A stretch of 64,000 nucleotides of DNA, from the NCBI GenBank assembly GCA_035943095.1, contig DASZCN010000060.1, positions 3,710 to 67,709 of the forward strand. Direction: 5' to 3'. The DNA comes from Gemmatimonadales bacterium (GTDB lineage Bacteria > Gemmatimonadota > Gemmatimonadetes > Gemmatimonadales > GWC2-71-9). Of the stretch, positions 48,582 through 59,788 are shown one piece after another; position 1 is the stretch's first letter, and the number at the start of each line of letters is the position of its first letter. A program made the position numbers and the translations under genes. The notes below the pieces were generated by a model. That model had not been told where the DNA came from, did no database searches, and saw only the letters and a program-made list of their open reading frames with translations.

Positions 48582-49912
48582 CAGGCATACATCCCACGCA
48601 ACTTGTGCATCGCCGCCACGCGGCCGACGGCAACGATATACGAGGCGATACGCGTGTTCACCTTGTACTTCTCCGCCGCCGCCGCGACTTCGTTGAACGC
48701 GCGCACCATTATGCTCTCGAGACGGCGGTTGACGGTCTCTTCATCCCAGAAGTAGCCCCCGCGGTCCTGCACCCACTCGAAGTAGCTCACGGTAACGCCA
48801 CCCGCGTTCGCGAGGATGTCGGGAATCACGAAGATGCCCTTTTTCTCGAGAATCTCGTCCGCGGCGGCCGTCGTGGGACCGTTCGCGCCTTCGCAGATGA
48901 TCTTCGCTTTGATCTGGGGAGCGTTCTTGCGGGTGATGACGTTTTCGGTCGCGGCCGGCACCAGCACGTCACAATCCACGGTGAGCACGGCCTCCCTGCT
49001 GATCTGGGCCCCCTTGGGGTAGCCCGCGATTTGCCGCTTCTCTCGCACCCACTGGAGCAGGTCGGGTATGTCGAGCCCCTGGTGGTTGTGCACGCCGCCG
49101 GACTTGTCGGACACTGCGACGATGATTGCGCCTTCCCTGCCCATCAACTCCGCCGCCACCGAGCCGACGTTGCCGAACCCCTGGACCGCTACCCGCGCGC
49201 CCTTGAGGCTCATCCCGAGCTTCCCCAACGCCTCGCGGGTCACGATCATGCATCCCCGGCCCGTCGCCTCGCGGCGCCCCAGCGAGCCCCCCATCTCCAC
49301 CGGTTTCCCCGTCACGACCGACGTGACCGTGTGCCGATGGTGCATGGAATACGTATCCATGATCCACGCCATCACGCGCTCGTTCGTGTTCACATCCGGG
49401 GCCGGAACGTCCGAGTCGGGCCCTAGGGTCTCGATGATGCTCGAGGTGTAGCGGCGCGTGACCCGTTCCAGCTCCGCCATCGACATCGTCGTCGGGTCGC
49501 AGACGACACCACCTTTGGAGCCCCCGAACGGGATGTTCACCAGCGCGCACTTCCACGTCATCCAGGCGGCGAGGGCTTTCACCTCTTCGAGGGTGACGTT
49601 CAGGTCGAACCGGATGCCCCCTTTGGCCGGCCCGCGCGACGTGTTGTACAACACCCGGTACCCCGTGTAGACCTCCACCTCGCCGGAGTCGCGGAGCACC
49701 GGGACGGACACGATGATCTGCTTTTCGGGGTTGCGGAGGACCTTGTAGAGGCCGGGATCGAGGTTCAACAACTGGGCGGCGTGGTCGAACCGCTCCATCA
49801 TCGCCTCGAACGGATTTTCTTCGGCGAGGAATGTGTCCTTGTCCGGCCTGATCCCGTGCTGAGGCTGGGGAGAGGAACTCGGCGGCGGTGGTTGGGTGGC
49901 TGGTTCGCTCAT
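48581..49912 (-). CDS. gdhA: Glu/Leu/Phe/Val (glutamate) dehydrogenase
   Basis: [56 protein letters not shown]. Confidence 0.93.
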   Translation of the reverse strand: MSEPATQPPPPSSSPQPQHGIRPDKDTFLAEENPFEAMMERFDHAAQLLNLDPGLYKVLRNPEKQIIVSVPVLRDSGEVEVYTGYRVLYNTSRGPAKGGIRFDLNVTLEEVKALAAWMTWKCALVNIPFGGSKGGVVCDPTTMSMAELERVTRRYTSSIIETLGPDSDVPAPDVNTNERVMAWIMDTYSMHHRHTVTSVVTGKPVEMGGSLGRREATGRGCMIVTREALGKLGMSLKGARVAVQGFGNVGSVAAELMGREGAIIVAVSDKSGGVHNHQGLDIPDLLQWVREKRQIAGYPKGAQISREAVLTVDCDVLVPAATENVITRKNAPQIKAKIICEGANGPTTAAADEILEKKGIFVIPDILANAGGVTVSYFEWVQDRGGYFWDEETVNRRLESIMVRAFNEVAAAAEKYKVNTRIASYIVAVGRVAAMHKLRGMYA

Positions 49913-50967
49913 GGCGTTCGCGTGGAATTCGAGGTCTCAGGTACGGCCGGCCGGGAGACGGCGAGGACGGCGTCCACCGCCTGTTCGAGCGCCCGGCCGC
50001 TCCGTTCCCATCGGACGGCGAGCACCGCGACGAGCGGCTCGGGCGTTGTCCCGGGCCAGCGCGCGCGGAGCTTCACGGCGTCCTTTTCAGTGACTACAAC
50101 ATAATCGCCTGCGCGAGCGGCCCGCGCGAGTCGCTCGACGTCGGTCTGGGTGTACACGTGATGATCTTGATGCGCCACGAGTTGCACGATCGCCCCGCAC
50201 GCGCCCAGCTGTGCGGCGAAGCTCGACGGATCCGCGATTCCCGCCGCTGCCACCACGGCGCGCCCCGCGAGCACGTCCAGCCCGTGCCGGGCACCGGACT
50301 GCATCCCTTCGAGGTGGCTGAGCTCGAGCGCGGCGATGCACATCGGGACACGTGGGCGTACGCCGGCGAGCCTCTCGGCCACGGCTGCCGCCGTGCCGGG
50401 GGCGGCGCTCTTCCGCGTCACGACGATCAGGTCCGCCCGACTCAGGGCATCCCAACGTTCCCGCCACGGGCCGGCGGGGAGCGGCCACGGGGAGCCGCCA
50501 GCACTCTCGGCACTCACCACCGCGATGTTCAGCTCCCGCGCGACCCCCGTCAATTGGTAGGCGTCGTCGAGCACGCAGATCTGAGCGCCCTGCGCTTGCG
50601 CCGCGCGGGCGCCCGCCACGCGATCGGGATTCGCCACGACCACCGCGCGAGGGGCGAGGCGCCGATGTACGAGGGGCTCATCCCCACCGTAGCCGCGCAG
50701 CAGGATCGCCGGCCTGCGACCGTGCGCCGCGCAATACTCGGCGATCCAGGCTGCGAGAGGCGTCTTCCCCGTCCCTCCGACGGAGAGGTTGCCGACGGCG
50801 ATCGCGGGCAGGGCAATACGCACCGCGCTCCGCTCAGATCGACGGACCGCCCGGATTTGCATCACCGCCCAGTACAGCCCCGCGAGCGGTATGAGGGGGA
50901 GTCGGGCCAGTCGCGCACCGGCGGATCCCCCCCAGATCCAATGAAGCGCACGGACGAGGCCGCTCAC
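49909..50967 (-). CDS. lpxK: Tetraacyldisaccharide 4'-kinase
   Basis: [39 protein letters not shown]. Confidence 0.94.
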   Translation of the reverse strand: MSGLVRALHWIWGGSAGARLARLPLIPLAGLYWAVMQIRAVRRSERSAVRIALPAIAVGNLSVGGTGKTPLAAWIAEYCAAHGRRPAILLRGYGGDEPLVHRRLAPRAVVVANPDRVAGARAAQAQGAQICVLDDAYQLTGVARELNIAVVSAESAGGSPWPLPAGPWRERWDALSRADLIVVTRKSAAPGTAAAVAERLAGVRPRVPMCIAALELSHLEGMQSGARHGLDVLAGRAVVAAAGIADPSSFAAQLGACGAIVQLVAHQDHHVYTQTDVERLARAARAGDYVVVTEKDAVKLRARWPGTTPEPLVAVLAVRWERSGRALEQAVDAVLAVSRPAVPETSNSTRTP

Positions 50968-51581
50968 TTCTCCCCGCCGTACGTCACGTTTCCCAACTCG
51001 CGTTCAGCCACCGCCAAGCCGCGACGGATCGCTTCTTTCCCTTCGCTCACGCCGAACGGTGCACTATAGACGATGTCCACTGTTGCGAACGGCCGGGGGA
51101 CGCAGAACCGGTCCCACGACTCGATCCACCAGGCTGACGAAGCACGGGCGCCGGAGGGAACCACCAACGCGTTCGCGTGCTGTGCGGCGGCCAGCGCGCC
51201 CGGCTTCATGCGCTCCGCGGGACCGCGGGGGCCATCAGGGGTGAGGGCGACCTCCGCGCCGTTCTTGAGCGCGCGCACCAGGCCCAGCAGGCCGACTTCC
51301 CCTCCTCGCTTGGAAGACCCGCGCACGACCCGGTACCCCCAGCGCTCGGACAGCTCGGCCAGGTATCCGCCGTCGCGATGACGGCTGATCAGCAGAGCCA
51401 TGCCCTCGTCGCGCCGGTGATACAAGAGGGGCAGGATGCGGCTGTGCCAGAGGATGTAGATCACCGGCCGACCCGTGGCTCGCGCGGCCGAGACATGCTC
51501 CCATCCGTGTATGCGGTAGCGCCACGTAGCCGCGAGCAGCCGTACGAGACCGGCCGCCACCGCCGTCACCGTCCCTTTCAC
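50964..51581 (-). CDS. DUF374 lysophospholipid acyltransferase family (LpxJ-like late acyltransferase candidate)
   Basis: WH, LISRHRDG, RGSS.RGG, TPDGPRGP; between lpxB and lpxK. Confidence 0.82.
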   Translation of the reverse strand: MKGTVTAVAAGLVRLLAATWRYRIHGWEHVSAARATGRPVIYILWHSRILPLLYHRRDEGMALLISRHRDGGYLAELSERWGYRVVRGSSKRGGEVGLLGLVRALKNGAEVALTPDGPRGPAERMKPGALAAAQHANALVVPSGARASSAWWIESWDRFCVPRPFATVDIVYSAPFGVSEGKEAIRRGLAVAERELGNVTYGGEK

Positions 51582-52696
51582 CCCGCGAGCTCGAGCGCCA
51601 GTGCGGCCACTCGCTCCGAGGCGCCAGGAGGTCCCAATCGGTCGCGCACCAGAGCCAGGCCTTCTCGTTGGCGCCGGGCGGCCGGGTTGTCCCGATCGAG
51701 TAGCGGCAGGACCGCCTCAGCGAGGGCCGTGGGGGTCACCGCTCCCTGCAGCAGCTCGGGGCTCACTTCACGACCGGCGATCAGGTTCACGAGCCCGACG
51801 TGTGGAACCTGCAGCATGCGAATCGCGATCGCGAACGAGACTGGATTGAGGCGATAGGCGATGACCATGGGCACGTCGGCGAGCGCCGCTTCGAGCGTTG
51901 TCGTGCCGGACTTGCAGAGCCCGGCATCCGCAGCGGCGAACACGCCGAGCGGGTCGCCACTGTGGACGCGGATGGCTTCTCCCGCCGGCGCGGGATACTC
52001 AGCCTGCGCGGTGCCGGCGACTACCAACTGCACATCGGGGCGCGCGGTGCCCACGCGGAGCGCGGCATCGCGAAACGCGGGCCAAAGCCGTTTCACCTCC
52101 TGCGCGCGGCTCCCCGGAAACAGACCAAGCACCGGCCGTCTGGGGTCGAGCCCGATCGCCCGTTTGGCGTCCGCGCGCGGCGGTGGCGGCGGTCGATCCC
52201 GCAGCGGGTGCCCCACGAAGGTGGCGGCCACGCCGTGCTCGAGGAAGAATCGCTCTTCGAACGGGAGAATCACCGCGAGGCGGCGTACCGTGGCCAGCTT
52301 GCGCACGCGGCCCGGCGCCCACGCCCACATCTGGGGCGCGATGTAGTAGAGCACAGGAATACCGGCCGCGCGCGCCTCGGCCGCCACACGCAAATGGTAG
52401 CCGGGGTAGTCGACCAGGATCACGAGATCGTAGCGTTTGCCGCGGAACGCGTCGCGCACGCGCCGGAGGAGGCGCAAGTGCGCGGGCAGCTTCCACAACG
52501 CCTCCACGAATCCGACGACGGAGAATCCCTCCATGCGGTCCAGCACCGTCGCCCCCGCGGCCGCGAGCCCCGGCCCGCCGAAGGCGTCCACGGCAGCGGC
52601 GGGGACCTGGCGCTTCAGCGCCGCAACGACCGCGGCGGCGTGCGCATCCCCCGACGGTTCCCCCGCCGACACATAGATGCGCGGCGCGCGGCTCAC
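51578..52696 (-). CDS. lpxB: Lipid-A-disaccharide synthase
   Basis: AGEPSGD, DYPGYHL, PQMWAW, ILPFE, FVGHP, PGSR.QE, SGTTTLE; GTG 52696. Confidence 0.95.
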   Translation of the reverse strand: MSRAPRIYVSAGEPSGDAHAAAVVAALKRQVPAAAVDAFGGPGLAAAGATVLDRMEGFSVVGFVEALWKLPAHLRLLRRVRDAFRGKRYDLVILVDYPGYHLRVAAEARAAGIPVLYYIAPQMWAWAPGRVRKLATVRRLAVILPFEERFFLEHGVAATFVGHPLRDRPPPPPRADAKRAIGLDPRRPVLGLFPGSRAQEVKRLWPAFRDAALRVGTARPDVQLVVAGTAQAEYPAPAGEAIRVHSGDPLGVFAAADAGLCKSGTTTLEAALADVPMVIAYRLNPVSFAIAIRMLQVPHVGLVNLIAGREVSPELLQGAVTPTALAEAVLPLLDRDNPAARRQREGLALVRDRLGPPGASERVAALALELAG

Positions 52697-53664
52697 GGCC
52701 GCGCGGCGGCGAGTGGCGAGGCCTGGACGGCGTCGGCGACCCGAAAGGCGAGCGCCAGGGCCTGTGCCCCCGCGGCGCCCGACACGACGACTTCTTCCTC
52801 GCCACGCACCGCGCGCAAGAAGCTCTCGAGCTCGAGCTTGAGCGGCTCCACTTCCGGCGCCTCGAGCCGCACGTGCTCCACGATCTGCTCGAGCCTCGTG
52901 GCCCCGAGGCCTTGCCAACCGTCCTTCAGGCGGAAGAAGTCACCGCACCCCTGCACGAGGTCGAGCGAGCAATAGCCCGTCAGTTGAAAGATGCGCAGCT
53001 TGCGGGTCCGCTCGCGCGAGACGCGGCTCGCGGTGACGTTCGCGATCGCGCCGTTGGCGAATTCGATGCGGGCGTTCGCGATGTCCACGTGAGGGGTGAG
53101 GAGCGCGACGCCCGTCGCCCGCACGTCCGCCACGGGCGCCTGTACGAGCTCGAGCGCGAGATCGAGATCGTGGATCATCAGGTCGAGAATGACGGCGACG
53201 TCGGTGCCGCGCGGCTGGAACGGGGCCAGCCGGTCGATCTGTAAAAAGCGCGGCTCGGCCAAGTACGGGGCCGCAGCGCGGACCGCACGGTTGAAGCGCT
53301 CCACATGGCCGACCTGGAGCACCACGCCCTGCGCCGCCGCGTGTCGCACGAGCGCATCCGCGCCCTCGAGCGTCTCCGCGAGCGGCTTCTCCATCAGGAG
53401 CGCGATGCCTCGCTCCAGCACGGCGAGGCCGACCTCTGCGTGCACCGGCGTCGGCACGGCCACGGTCACCGCATCCACGCTCTGGAGGAGTGCCTCGAGC
53501 GACGGGTGCGCCGCGGTGTCGAGCTGTGTCGCCACTTCGGCCGCGCGCGCGGGGTTCTTATCGTAGATGCCGGCGAACGCGACGCCCGCCATGCGCCGCA
53601 GCAGCCGCGCATGATGGAAGCCCAGGGCCCCGGTCCCGACCACCCCCACGCGCAGCGCGCTCAC
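52693..53664 (-). CDS. Gfo/Idh/MocA oxidoreductase, GnnA-like (UDP-GlcNAc 3-dehydrogenase candidate)
   Basis: GVVGTGALG, EKP, GHVERFN, DLMIHDLD, SRVS; sits between lpxA and lpxB. Confidence 0.8.
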   Translation of the reverse strand: MSALRVGVVGTGALGFHHARLLRRMAGVAFAGIYDKNPARAAEVATQLDTAAHPSLEALLQSVDAVTVAVPTPVHAEVGLAVLERGIALLMEKPLAETLEGADALVRHAAAQGVVLQVGHVERFNRAVRAAAPYLAEPRFLQIDRLAPFQPRGTDVAVILDLMIHDLDLALELVQAPVADVRATGVALLTPHVDIANARIEFANGAIANVTASRVSRERTRKLRIFQLTGYCSLDLVQGCGDFFRLKDGWQGLGATRLEQIVEHVRLEAPEVEPLKLELESFLRAVRGEEEVVVSGAAGAQALALAFRVADAVQASPLAAARP

Positions 53665-54428
53665 ACCATCACTCCGCGTTGCGAGCCCTCGATGAACTTG
53701 AGGAAATTCTCCACCTCGGGAATCTGCGGCAGCTCGGCGCGAGCCTTGGCAATGCCCTGCCCCACAGTCATGTCGGAATTGAACAGCAGCCGGTACGCGC
53801 GCTTCAACGCCAGCTTGACTTCAGGAGAGAACCCGGCGCGCTGCAACCCGACCGAGTTGAGTCCGTAGAGATGCACCGGGTTGCCGACGGCTTTGGTGTA
53901 GGGCGGCACGTCCTGGTTGACGCGCGACCCACCGCCCACGAAGGAGAAGGTGCCGATGCGCACAAACTGATGGATCGGCACGAGCCCGGAGATGATGGCC
54001 CGATCCTCGATCGTCACGTGGCCGGCCATCTGCACGGCGTTTGCGACGATCACGTCGTTCCCGATGAGGCAGTCGTGAGCCAGGTGGACGTACGACATCA
54101 GGAAACAACGCTGGCCGACAGACGTCTTGCCGGTCGCCGCGGTCCCGCGGTTGATCGTGCAATACTCGCGGATCACGGTCCCGTCGCCCACCTCGACCCA
54201 GGTATCCTCGCCCTTGTATTTCAGGTCCTGCGGGTCGTTGCCGAGCACGCTGCCGTATCCGACCTTCACACCGGTGCCGAGCTTGACGTTTCGCTCGAGC
54301 ACGGCGTGGGCGGCGATCTGGCAGCGCTCGCCCACGGTGACGCGGGGGCCGATGATGGCGTACGGACCGACGGTGACGTCCCCGGCGAGGTGGGCCGTGG
54401 GATCGACGAGCGCGGTCCGATGAATCAC
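53661..54428 (-). CDS. lpxA: UDP-N-acetylglucosamine O-acyltransferase
   Basis: IHRTA.V, PQDLKY.GE, IREY.TI.RGT, HLAHDC, IHQF.RIG, GLNSVGL.R.GF. Confidence 0.96.
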   Translation of the reverse strand: MIHRTALVDPTAHLAGDVTVGPYAIIGPRVTVGERCQIAAHAVLERNVKLGTGVKVGYGSVLGNDPQDLKYKGEDTWVEVGDGTVIREYCTINRGTAATGKTSVGQRCFLMSYVHLAHDCLIGNDVIVANAVQMAGHVTIEDRAIISGLVPIHQFVRIGTFSFVGGGSRVNQDVPPYTKAVGNPVHLYGLNSVGLQRAGFSPEVKLALKRAYRLLFNSDMTVGQGIAKARAELPQIPEVENFLKFIEGSQRGVMV

Positions 54429-55714
54429 CGATCGACCACCGAGGCCATCATCTCCGCCTCCGCCACCACCTGCCCATCCACGTAGCCGACGCCCTTCATC
54501 TTGCAGGTCTTGCCGCGGAACTGAAGCATGTCGAGCTCGAATCGGATCTGATCCCCGGGCACAACCGGCCGCCGGAACTTCACGTTGTCGAGCGACATGA
54601 AGTAGACCACCTTGTCCTCGACGTTCTGGCCCTCGAAGTAGCCCATCAGCAGCATGCCCCCCACCTGGGCCATCGCCTCGATGATCAACACCCCCGGCAT
54701 GATCGGATGCCCGGGGAAGTGCCCCTGAAAGAACGGCTCGTTGATGGTCACGTTCTTGATGCCGACGATCCGCTGCTGCCCCTCGATCTCGATGATGCGA
54801 TCCACCAGGAGGAAGGGATAGCGGTGCGGCAGGACGTCCATGATCCGGCCGATGTCCATCTTGGGTGGCCCGGTGCGGCGCGCCGCGCGCGCCACCGCCC
54901 GCGCCAAGACGATATTGCCGCCGTGGCTCGGCCGCGTCGCGATGATGTGCGCACGCACACGGCCGCCGGTCAGTGCCAGGTCTCCCAGGATGTCGGCGGC
55001 CTTGTGGCGCACGAACTCGTCGGGCCAGCGCAACTGGCCGCCGTTGGCGAGGCCGCGCTCGTCCAGCACGATGGCGTTGGCGCTGGACGCGCCCTTGATG
55101 AGGCCTTTGGCCTGGAGCGCCGCCACCTCGGATGTGAACCCGAACGTGCGCGCCGGCGCCAGATCGCGCGCGAATCCCTCAGGCGTGACCGTGAAGCTGC
55201 CGGCCTGGCGGCCGATGAGCGGGTGCGGCCACTCGATGGTCACGGTCAGGCGAAGCTCCTTGTCCGGGGCGACCACGTAGGTCGAGTCGCCCTCGCTGAC
55301 CGTGAACGGGGCCGGCACGGTGAGCACGAGGGGCTCGCCGTCGGTCTCCGTGGGGCCGGCGCGCTCCAGGGCTTCGAAGTACGGCTGGAAGCTGCCATCC
55401 AGAATGGGTGGCTCGGGACCCGAGACTTCGACCGTCAGGTCATCGATCTCGAGCGCCGCGACGGCGGCGAGGAGGTGCTCTACGGTGTGGATCGTGCTCT
55501 CGCCGCGCCCGATCGCCGTGCGGCGCTCCACCGCCTCGACTTCCGAGAGGAGCGCCGGAACCTCGGGCTTCCCGCTGAGATCGACGCGCCGGAACACGAT
55601 CCCCTGGCCCGCCGGGGCCGGCACGAACGCCACCTCGGTACGGGCCCCCGTATGCAGTCCCGTGCCCGAGACGGCCGTCTTCTTCCGGATCCCGCGCCTA
55701 CCGCCCTGTGCCAT
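54425..55714 (-). CDS. lpxC: Bifunctional LpxC / FabZ fusion
   Basis: GTGLHTG, TVEHLLAA, PILDGS, EFVRHK..D.LGDL; then LPHRYPFLLVDR, FFQGHFP..PIMPGVLIIEAMAQ. Confidence 0.95.
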   Translation of the reverse strand: MAQGGRRGIRKKTAVSGTGLHTGARTEVAFVPAPAGQGIVFRRVDLSGKPEVPALLSEVEAVERRTAIGRGESTIHTVEHLLAAVAALEIDDLTVEVSGPEPPILDGSFQPYFEALERAGPTETDGEPLVLTVPAPFTVSEGDSTYVVAPDKELRLTVTIEWPHPLIGRQAGSFTVTPEGFARDLAPARTFGFTSEVAALQAKGLIKGASSANAIVLDERGLANGGQLRWPDEFVRHKAADILGDLALTGGRVRAHIIATRPSHGGNIVLARAVARAARRTGPPKMDIGRIMDVLPHRYPFLLVDRIIEIEGQQRIVGIKNVTINEPFFQGHFPGHPIMPGVLIIEAMAQVGGMLLMGYFEGQNVEDKVVYFMSLDNVKFRRPVVPGDQIRFELDMLQFRGKTCKMKGVGYVDGQVVAEAEMMASVVDR

Positions 55715-56780
55715 CAGTTCGCCGAACGAGCGCCTCCAGGTCGTCCACGATCTGCGCGAGCCGGTACAGGGCGCCCTGGGCCCGCAGGAACTCGCGGTGG
55801 TTGCGCGCCGGATATCCGGACACGGTCGCCCCCGGATCGATGTCGCCGATCACCCCGCCCTGCACGGTCACGCGCGCACCCTTTCCGATCGTGACGTGGT
55901 CGGCCAGGCCCGCCTGCCCCGCCAGGAAGACATCGTCCTCCACGTGGGTACTGCCGGCGATGCCCGCCTGGCCCGCGATAAGGCAGCGCGCCCCAATCCG
56001 GCAGTTGTGCCCGACCTGCACCAGGTTGTCGATCTTGGTCCCGGGGCCGATGACCGTATCATCCACGCTGCCGCGGTCGATGGTCGTGTTGGCCCCGATT
56101 TCCACGTCGTCCCCGATGATGCAGCGGCCCACCTGCGGGATCTTGCGCGGCAATTCACCGACCTTTCCCGGCACGTACCCGAACCCGTCCGCCCCGAGCC
56201 GAACTCCGGCGTGCAGGATCACGCGGCTGCCGACGATCGTGCCGCTATAGCACACGACGTGTGGGTAGAGCTGCACGTCGTCGCCCAGCACCACTCCGTC
56301 CCCCAGCACCACGCCGGCGCCGATGCGGACGTTGCGGCCGAGTCGCGCGCCCTGGCCGAGCACGGCGTACGGACCGATCGCCACCGGGTCCTGCCACGTC
56401 GCGCCGGCGCCGATCACGGCCGTGCGGTGCACGCCCGGCTCCCAGGCGGGCTCCGGGTAGAGCACCGGAATGACGGAGAGCAGCGCCTCGTGCGGGTCGC
56501 GCACCAGCACGCGGCACGCCGGGCCAGCGGTGCCCTCCGGAATGAGATCCGGCTTGCAGAGCACGATGGCCGCGCTAGACCGTTGAAAATACTGGAGATA
56601 GCGTCGCGCGGCAAGAAACGACAGGTCGTCCGGGCCCGCGCGGTCGAGCGGCGCCACGCCGGACACCGTTACGTCCGCTGGACCCCTGAGCTGGCCGTTC
56701 GTGAGTGCCGCGACCTCGCGAGCACTGATGCGCCGGCCGGAACCCGCGGCGCTCGTGCCGCTGTCCGCTCCGCTGCTCGT
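55698..56780 (-). CDS. lpxD: UDP-3-O-acyl-glucosamine N-acyltransferase (start probably ACG at 56780; first canonical start GTG at 56666)
   Basis: DLSFL..RY, G.DGFGY, KIPQVG..IIGDDVEIGANTTIDRG, KIDNLVQVGHN; conserved N-terminal segment lies upstream of 56666. Confidence 0.93.
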   Translation of the reverse strand, partial: TSSGADSGTSAAGSGRRISAREVAALTNGQLRGPADVTVSGVAPLDRAGPDDLSFLAARRYLQYFQRSSAAIVLCKPDLIPEGTAGPACRVLVRDPHEALLSVIPVLYPEPAWEPGVHRTAVIGAGATWQDPVAIGPYAVLGQGARLGRNVRIGAGVVLGDGVVLGDDVQLYPHVVCYSGTIVGSRVILHAGVRLGADGFGYVPGKVGELPRKIPQVGRCIIGDDVEIGANTTIDRGSVDDTVIGPGTKIDNLVQVGHNCRIGARCLIAGQAGIAGSTHVEDDVFLAGQAGLADHVTIGKGARVTVQGGVIGDIDPGATVSGYPARNHREFLRAQGALYRLAQIVDDLEALVRRTDGTGR

Positions 56781-56790
56781 CCCGCGCCCC

Positions 56791-57321
56791 TTACTTGGGC
56801 TGCTTCAGCCGCTCGATCACCTTGGCGGTGATGTCGAGACTCGGGTCGGCGAAGAGGATGCTGTTGTTGGGCGCGTCCATATCGAAGATGAACGAATAGT
56901 TTCCCTCGGCGCGGATCCCCTGAACCACGCCGAAAATGCGGGCCTGGATCGGCTGAAACAACTCCTGCTGGCGCTGCTGGAACCGGCTCTCCAGGTCGGT
57001 TTGCTTTTGCTGGAGGCGCTGCTGGGTCGTCTGCAGCTCCCGCTGTTTCGCCTGCTTCGCCGTCGACGACAAGGCGATCGACTGCTGGTCGAACGCCTTC
57101 ATGGCGGAATCCCACTGCTGCTGCATGCGTTGCAGGGTGTCCTGGATCGCCTTGCGCTCCTTGCCCAGCGCCGAATCCGCCGCCGGGTATCCCGGCGTCT
57201 GCTCCAGGATCGCTTGCGACTTGATGTAGCCGATCTTGAGCGCGCTTTGGGCCTGCCCGCGAGCCACGGCCGGCGCGCCCACAACGAGCAGCCACGCCCC
57301 TGCGATTACCACACGCCTCAT
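56791..57321 (-). CDS. skp: Periplasmic chaperone Skp/OmpH
   Basis: GGAG SD + ATG 57321; signal peptide; KIGYI, long Q/K-rich helices, DIT..VI..L; between bamA and lpxD. Confidence 0.9.
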   Translation of the reverse strand: MRRVVIAGAWLLVVGAPAVARGQAQSALKIGYIKSQAILEQTPGYPAADSALGKERKAIQDTLQRMQQQWDSAMKAFDQQSIALSSTAKQAKQRELQTTQQRLQQKQTDLESRFQQRQQELFQPIQARIFGVVQGIRAEGNYSFIFDMDAPNNSILFADPSLDITAKVIERLKQPK

Positions 57322-57380
57322 AACGGTCTCCCAAGAAGAAATGCTACGGTCCAGGTGCCCGAACGAGCCGGGCGCTCCGA

Positions 57381-59788
57381 TCAGAAGAAGTTGCCCAGCT
57401 TGAAGTGCAGCTTGAAGCCCGGCGCCGGCCGGCCGAAGGTATCTGTGCGATCGAAGCCGTACGCCCAGTCGATGCCGATCGGACCAAGCGGCGAGATGAT
57501 GCTCACGCCCAACCCGGCGCCGCGGAACAGGCGCGTCGGGTTGAACTCTTCGGCGCGGGCCCACACGTTGCCCGCGTCGACGAAGGCGTTGAGGTAGAAC
57601 ATCTGCGAGATGCGCGCCCCGATTTCTCCGGTGGTCGCAAAGTATGCCTTGCCGAACGAGCTCGCGCTTGCCTGCCCGTTGCTCGCGGTGGGATCGTAGC
57701 CGCGCGGCGTGATCGAGAACTCGTCATAGCCGCGGAGCGGGATACCGTACTGCACGCCACCCATGGTGAACAGCTGATCGAAGAAGGGCGAGTTACCGAA
57801 CACGAGGCCGGATCGCGTGGACAGCCCCATCACGAACTTGACCGGGGACGTGCTGGCCGCGCCCCCGAGCTGTCCGAGCGGCGCGTACCAGCGGCCCTCG
57901 AGGTCGAGCCGCTGGAAGTTGCCGGAGCCGCCCAGCGGGCCGCCTGACTGCGAAATGCCGATCGAGTGCATGGTTCCCGCGGTCGGGAACGGGAGATCAA
58001 TCCGCGTGTCGCGGAGCAGGGAGACGCCGATGGTCGAGCGGATGCAATTGTTGCAGCTCAACGCTGCGAGTCCCGTGGTCGCACCTTCGAACGTCTGGTC
58101 GTCGATGGCGTACGAGACGAACATCCGCGTATACCGGTCGTTGAACACCGGGAACCCGAACTGCAGGCTCGCGCCCTCGCGCTTCAGCGTGCCGAGATCG
58201 GCGATCGTATACCGCAGCCGGGTGTTGTGCACGTCGAATGTGCCCGAGATGCGCGACTCATGGATCGCCGGATCGGTGTAGCTCACCTGGAAATCGCTGA
58301 TGTTCTGGCCGAACTGCCACTGGAAGTGACCTTTTTTCCCCTTCCCGAACAGGTTGGGCTCGTCGAGGCCGAGGAACCCGCCCACGCCCGTGCCCTGCCC
58401 CACGGAGGCGCCGAAGTTGATGTTGCCGGTGTGTTTCTCGGTCACGCGGAAGATGACGTCGATGTCGCCCTGGTCGTTGGCCGGCCGCGTATCGGGAAAC
58501 GGCATCGGCTGCTGGAAGAAGCCGAGGTTCGAGATGTTCTGATACGACCGGATGAGCGCGTCCTGCCGGAAGACGTCGCCGGGCAGGAGGACGATCGCCT
58601 CGCGAATCACGCGCTCGTGCGTGATGTCGTTGCCCGAGATCTCGATCTTGTTGACGATAGCGGGCTGGCCCTCGTTGATGGCCCAGCGCAGGTCCACGAC
58701 GGGCTTGCCGTCGGCGCCCGTGCGGCGGATGACCTGGGGCTGGATATTGGCGTAGATGTAGCCGTTGTTCCGGTAGAGCGTGTAGAGATCGTTGACGGCG
58801 TTATCCCAACGCTCCTGGCTGAAATAGACCGGGCCCTGGGCGGTCCCGCCCAGGCCGAGGAAGCCGGTGCGGTCCCCGCCCTTGAACGGAAACAGCTGCT
58901 GGAGCTCCTCCGTCGAAAAGCGCCGGTTGCCGACGATCTCGAACGCGCCCACGCGGTAGGGCTCTCCTTCGCTCACCCGGACCTGCAGCGTGGCCTTGCC
59001 CGTCGCGTCGTTCACGAGAATCGTGTCGCCCAGTACCTGAAAGTCCACGTACCCCCGGTCCCCGTAGAACTTCGGGAGCCGCTCCTGCACGTCGGCGCGC
59101 AGCTTCTCGTCGTCGTACTCGCCCGAGCGGAACCACCAAAAGCCCTCGGGGCGGGTCTTCATTTGACCCACGAGCTGATCCATGGGGAAGTGCCCGTTGC
59201 CCTGCACCTGCACCTGCGCCACGGCAACACGCCGCCCCTCGTCCACATCGAAGATGATGCGGACGCGGGACGAATCGTTCTCGTAGACGGGGACGACCTT
59301 GACCTGCGCGAGGTAGTAGCCGTCGGCGCGATACAGCGAGTCGATGCGCCCGCGGGCGCGGGTGACGGCCGCGGGGTCGAGCGGGCGGCCTTCCGCGAGC
59401 TGCGCCTTGTCCCGGACGCTTCCTTCGGACACGCGGTTCACGCCGCGCACCGCCCACTTCACGAGGATGGGGCGCTCGTGCACGCGCACGATCAAGAGCT
59501 GGCGACCGCCCGCGGTGTCCTGGGTCACCCGGACGTCGTCGTACTGCCCGCTCGAGTACAGCGCCTGGACCGCGCGCTGGACGTCGCGGTAGCCGAGCGC
59601 CTTCCCGGGGGCGAGACCGCTCTGATCGAGCACCTGCTTGCGCTCGACGCGGCGCAGCCCGATCACGACGATCGAGTCCGGCGCCACGGCCGTGGCGGAG
59701 GCGGTCGGTGCCTCGCCTCCCTGCGCGCGCGCGGCGCGCGGCAGGAGCACTGGGAAACTCAGGAGGATGACTGCGGAAAGCCGGCGGA

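Noticed and set aside
54425-55714. LpxC-FabZ fusion as a novelty
   Set aside because: Well known in Bacteroidota, Chlorobiota and other groups
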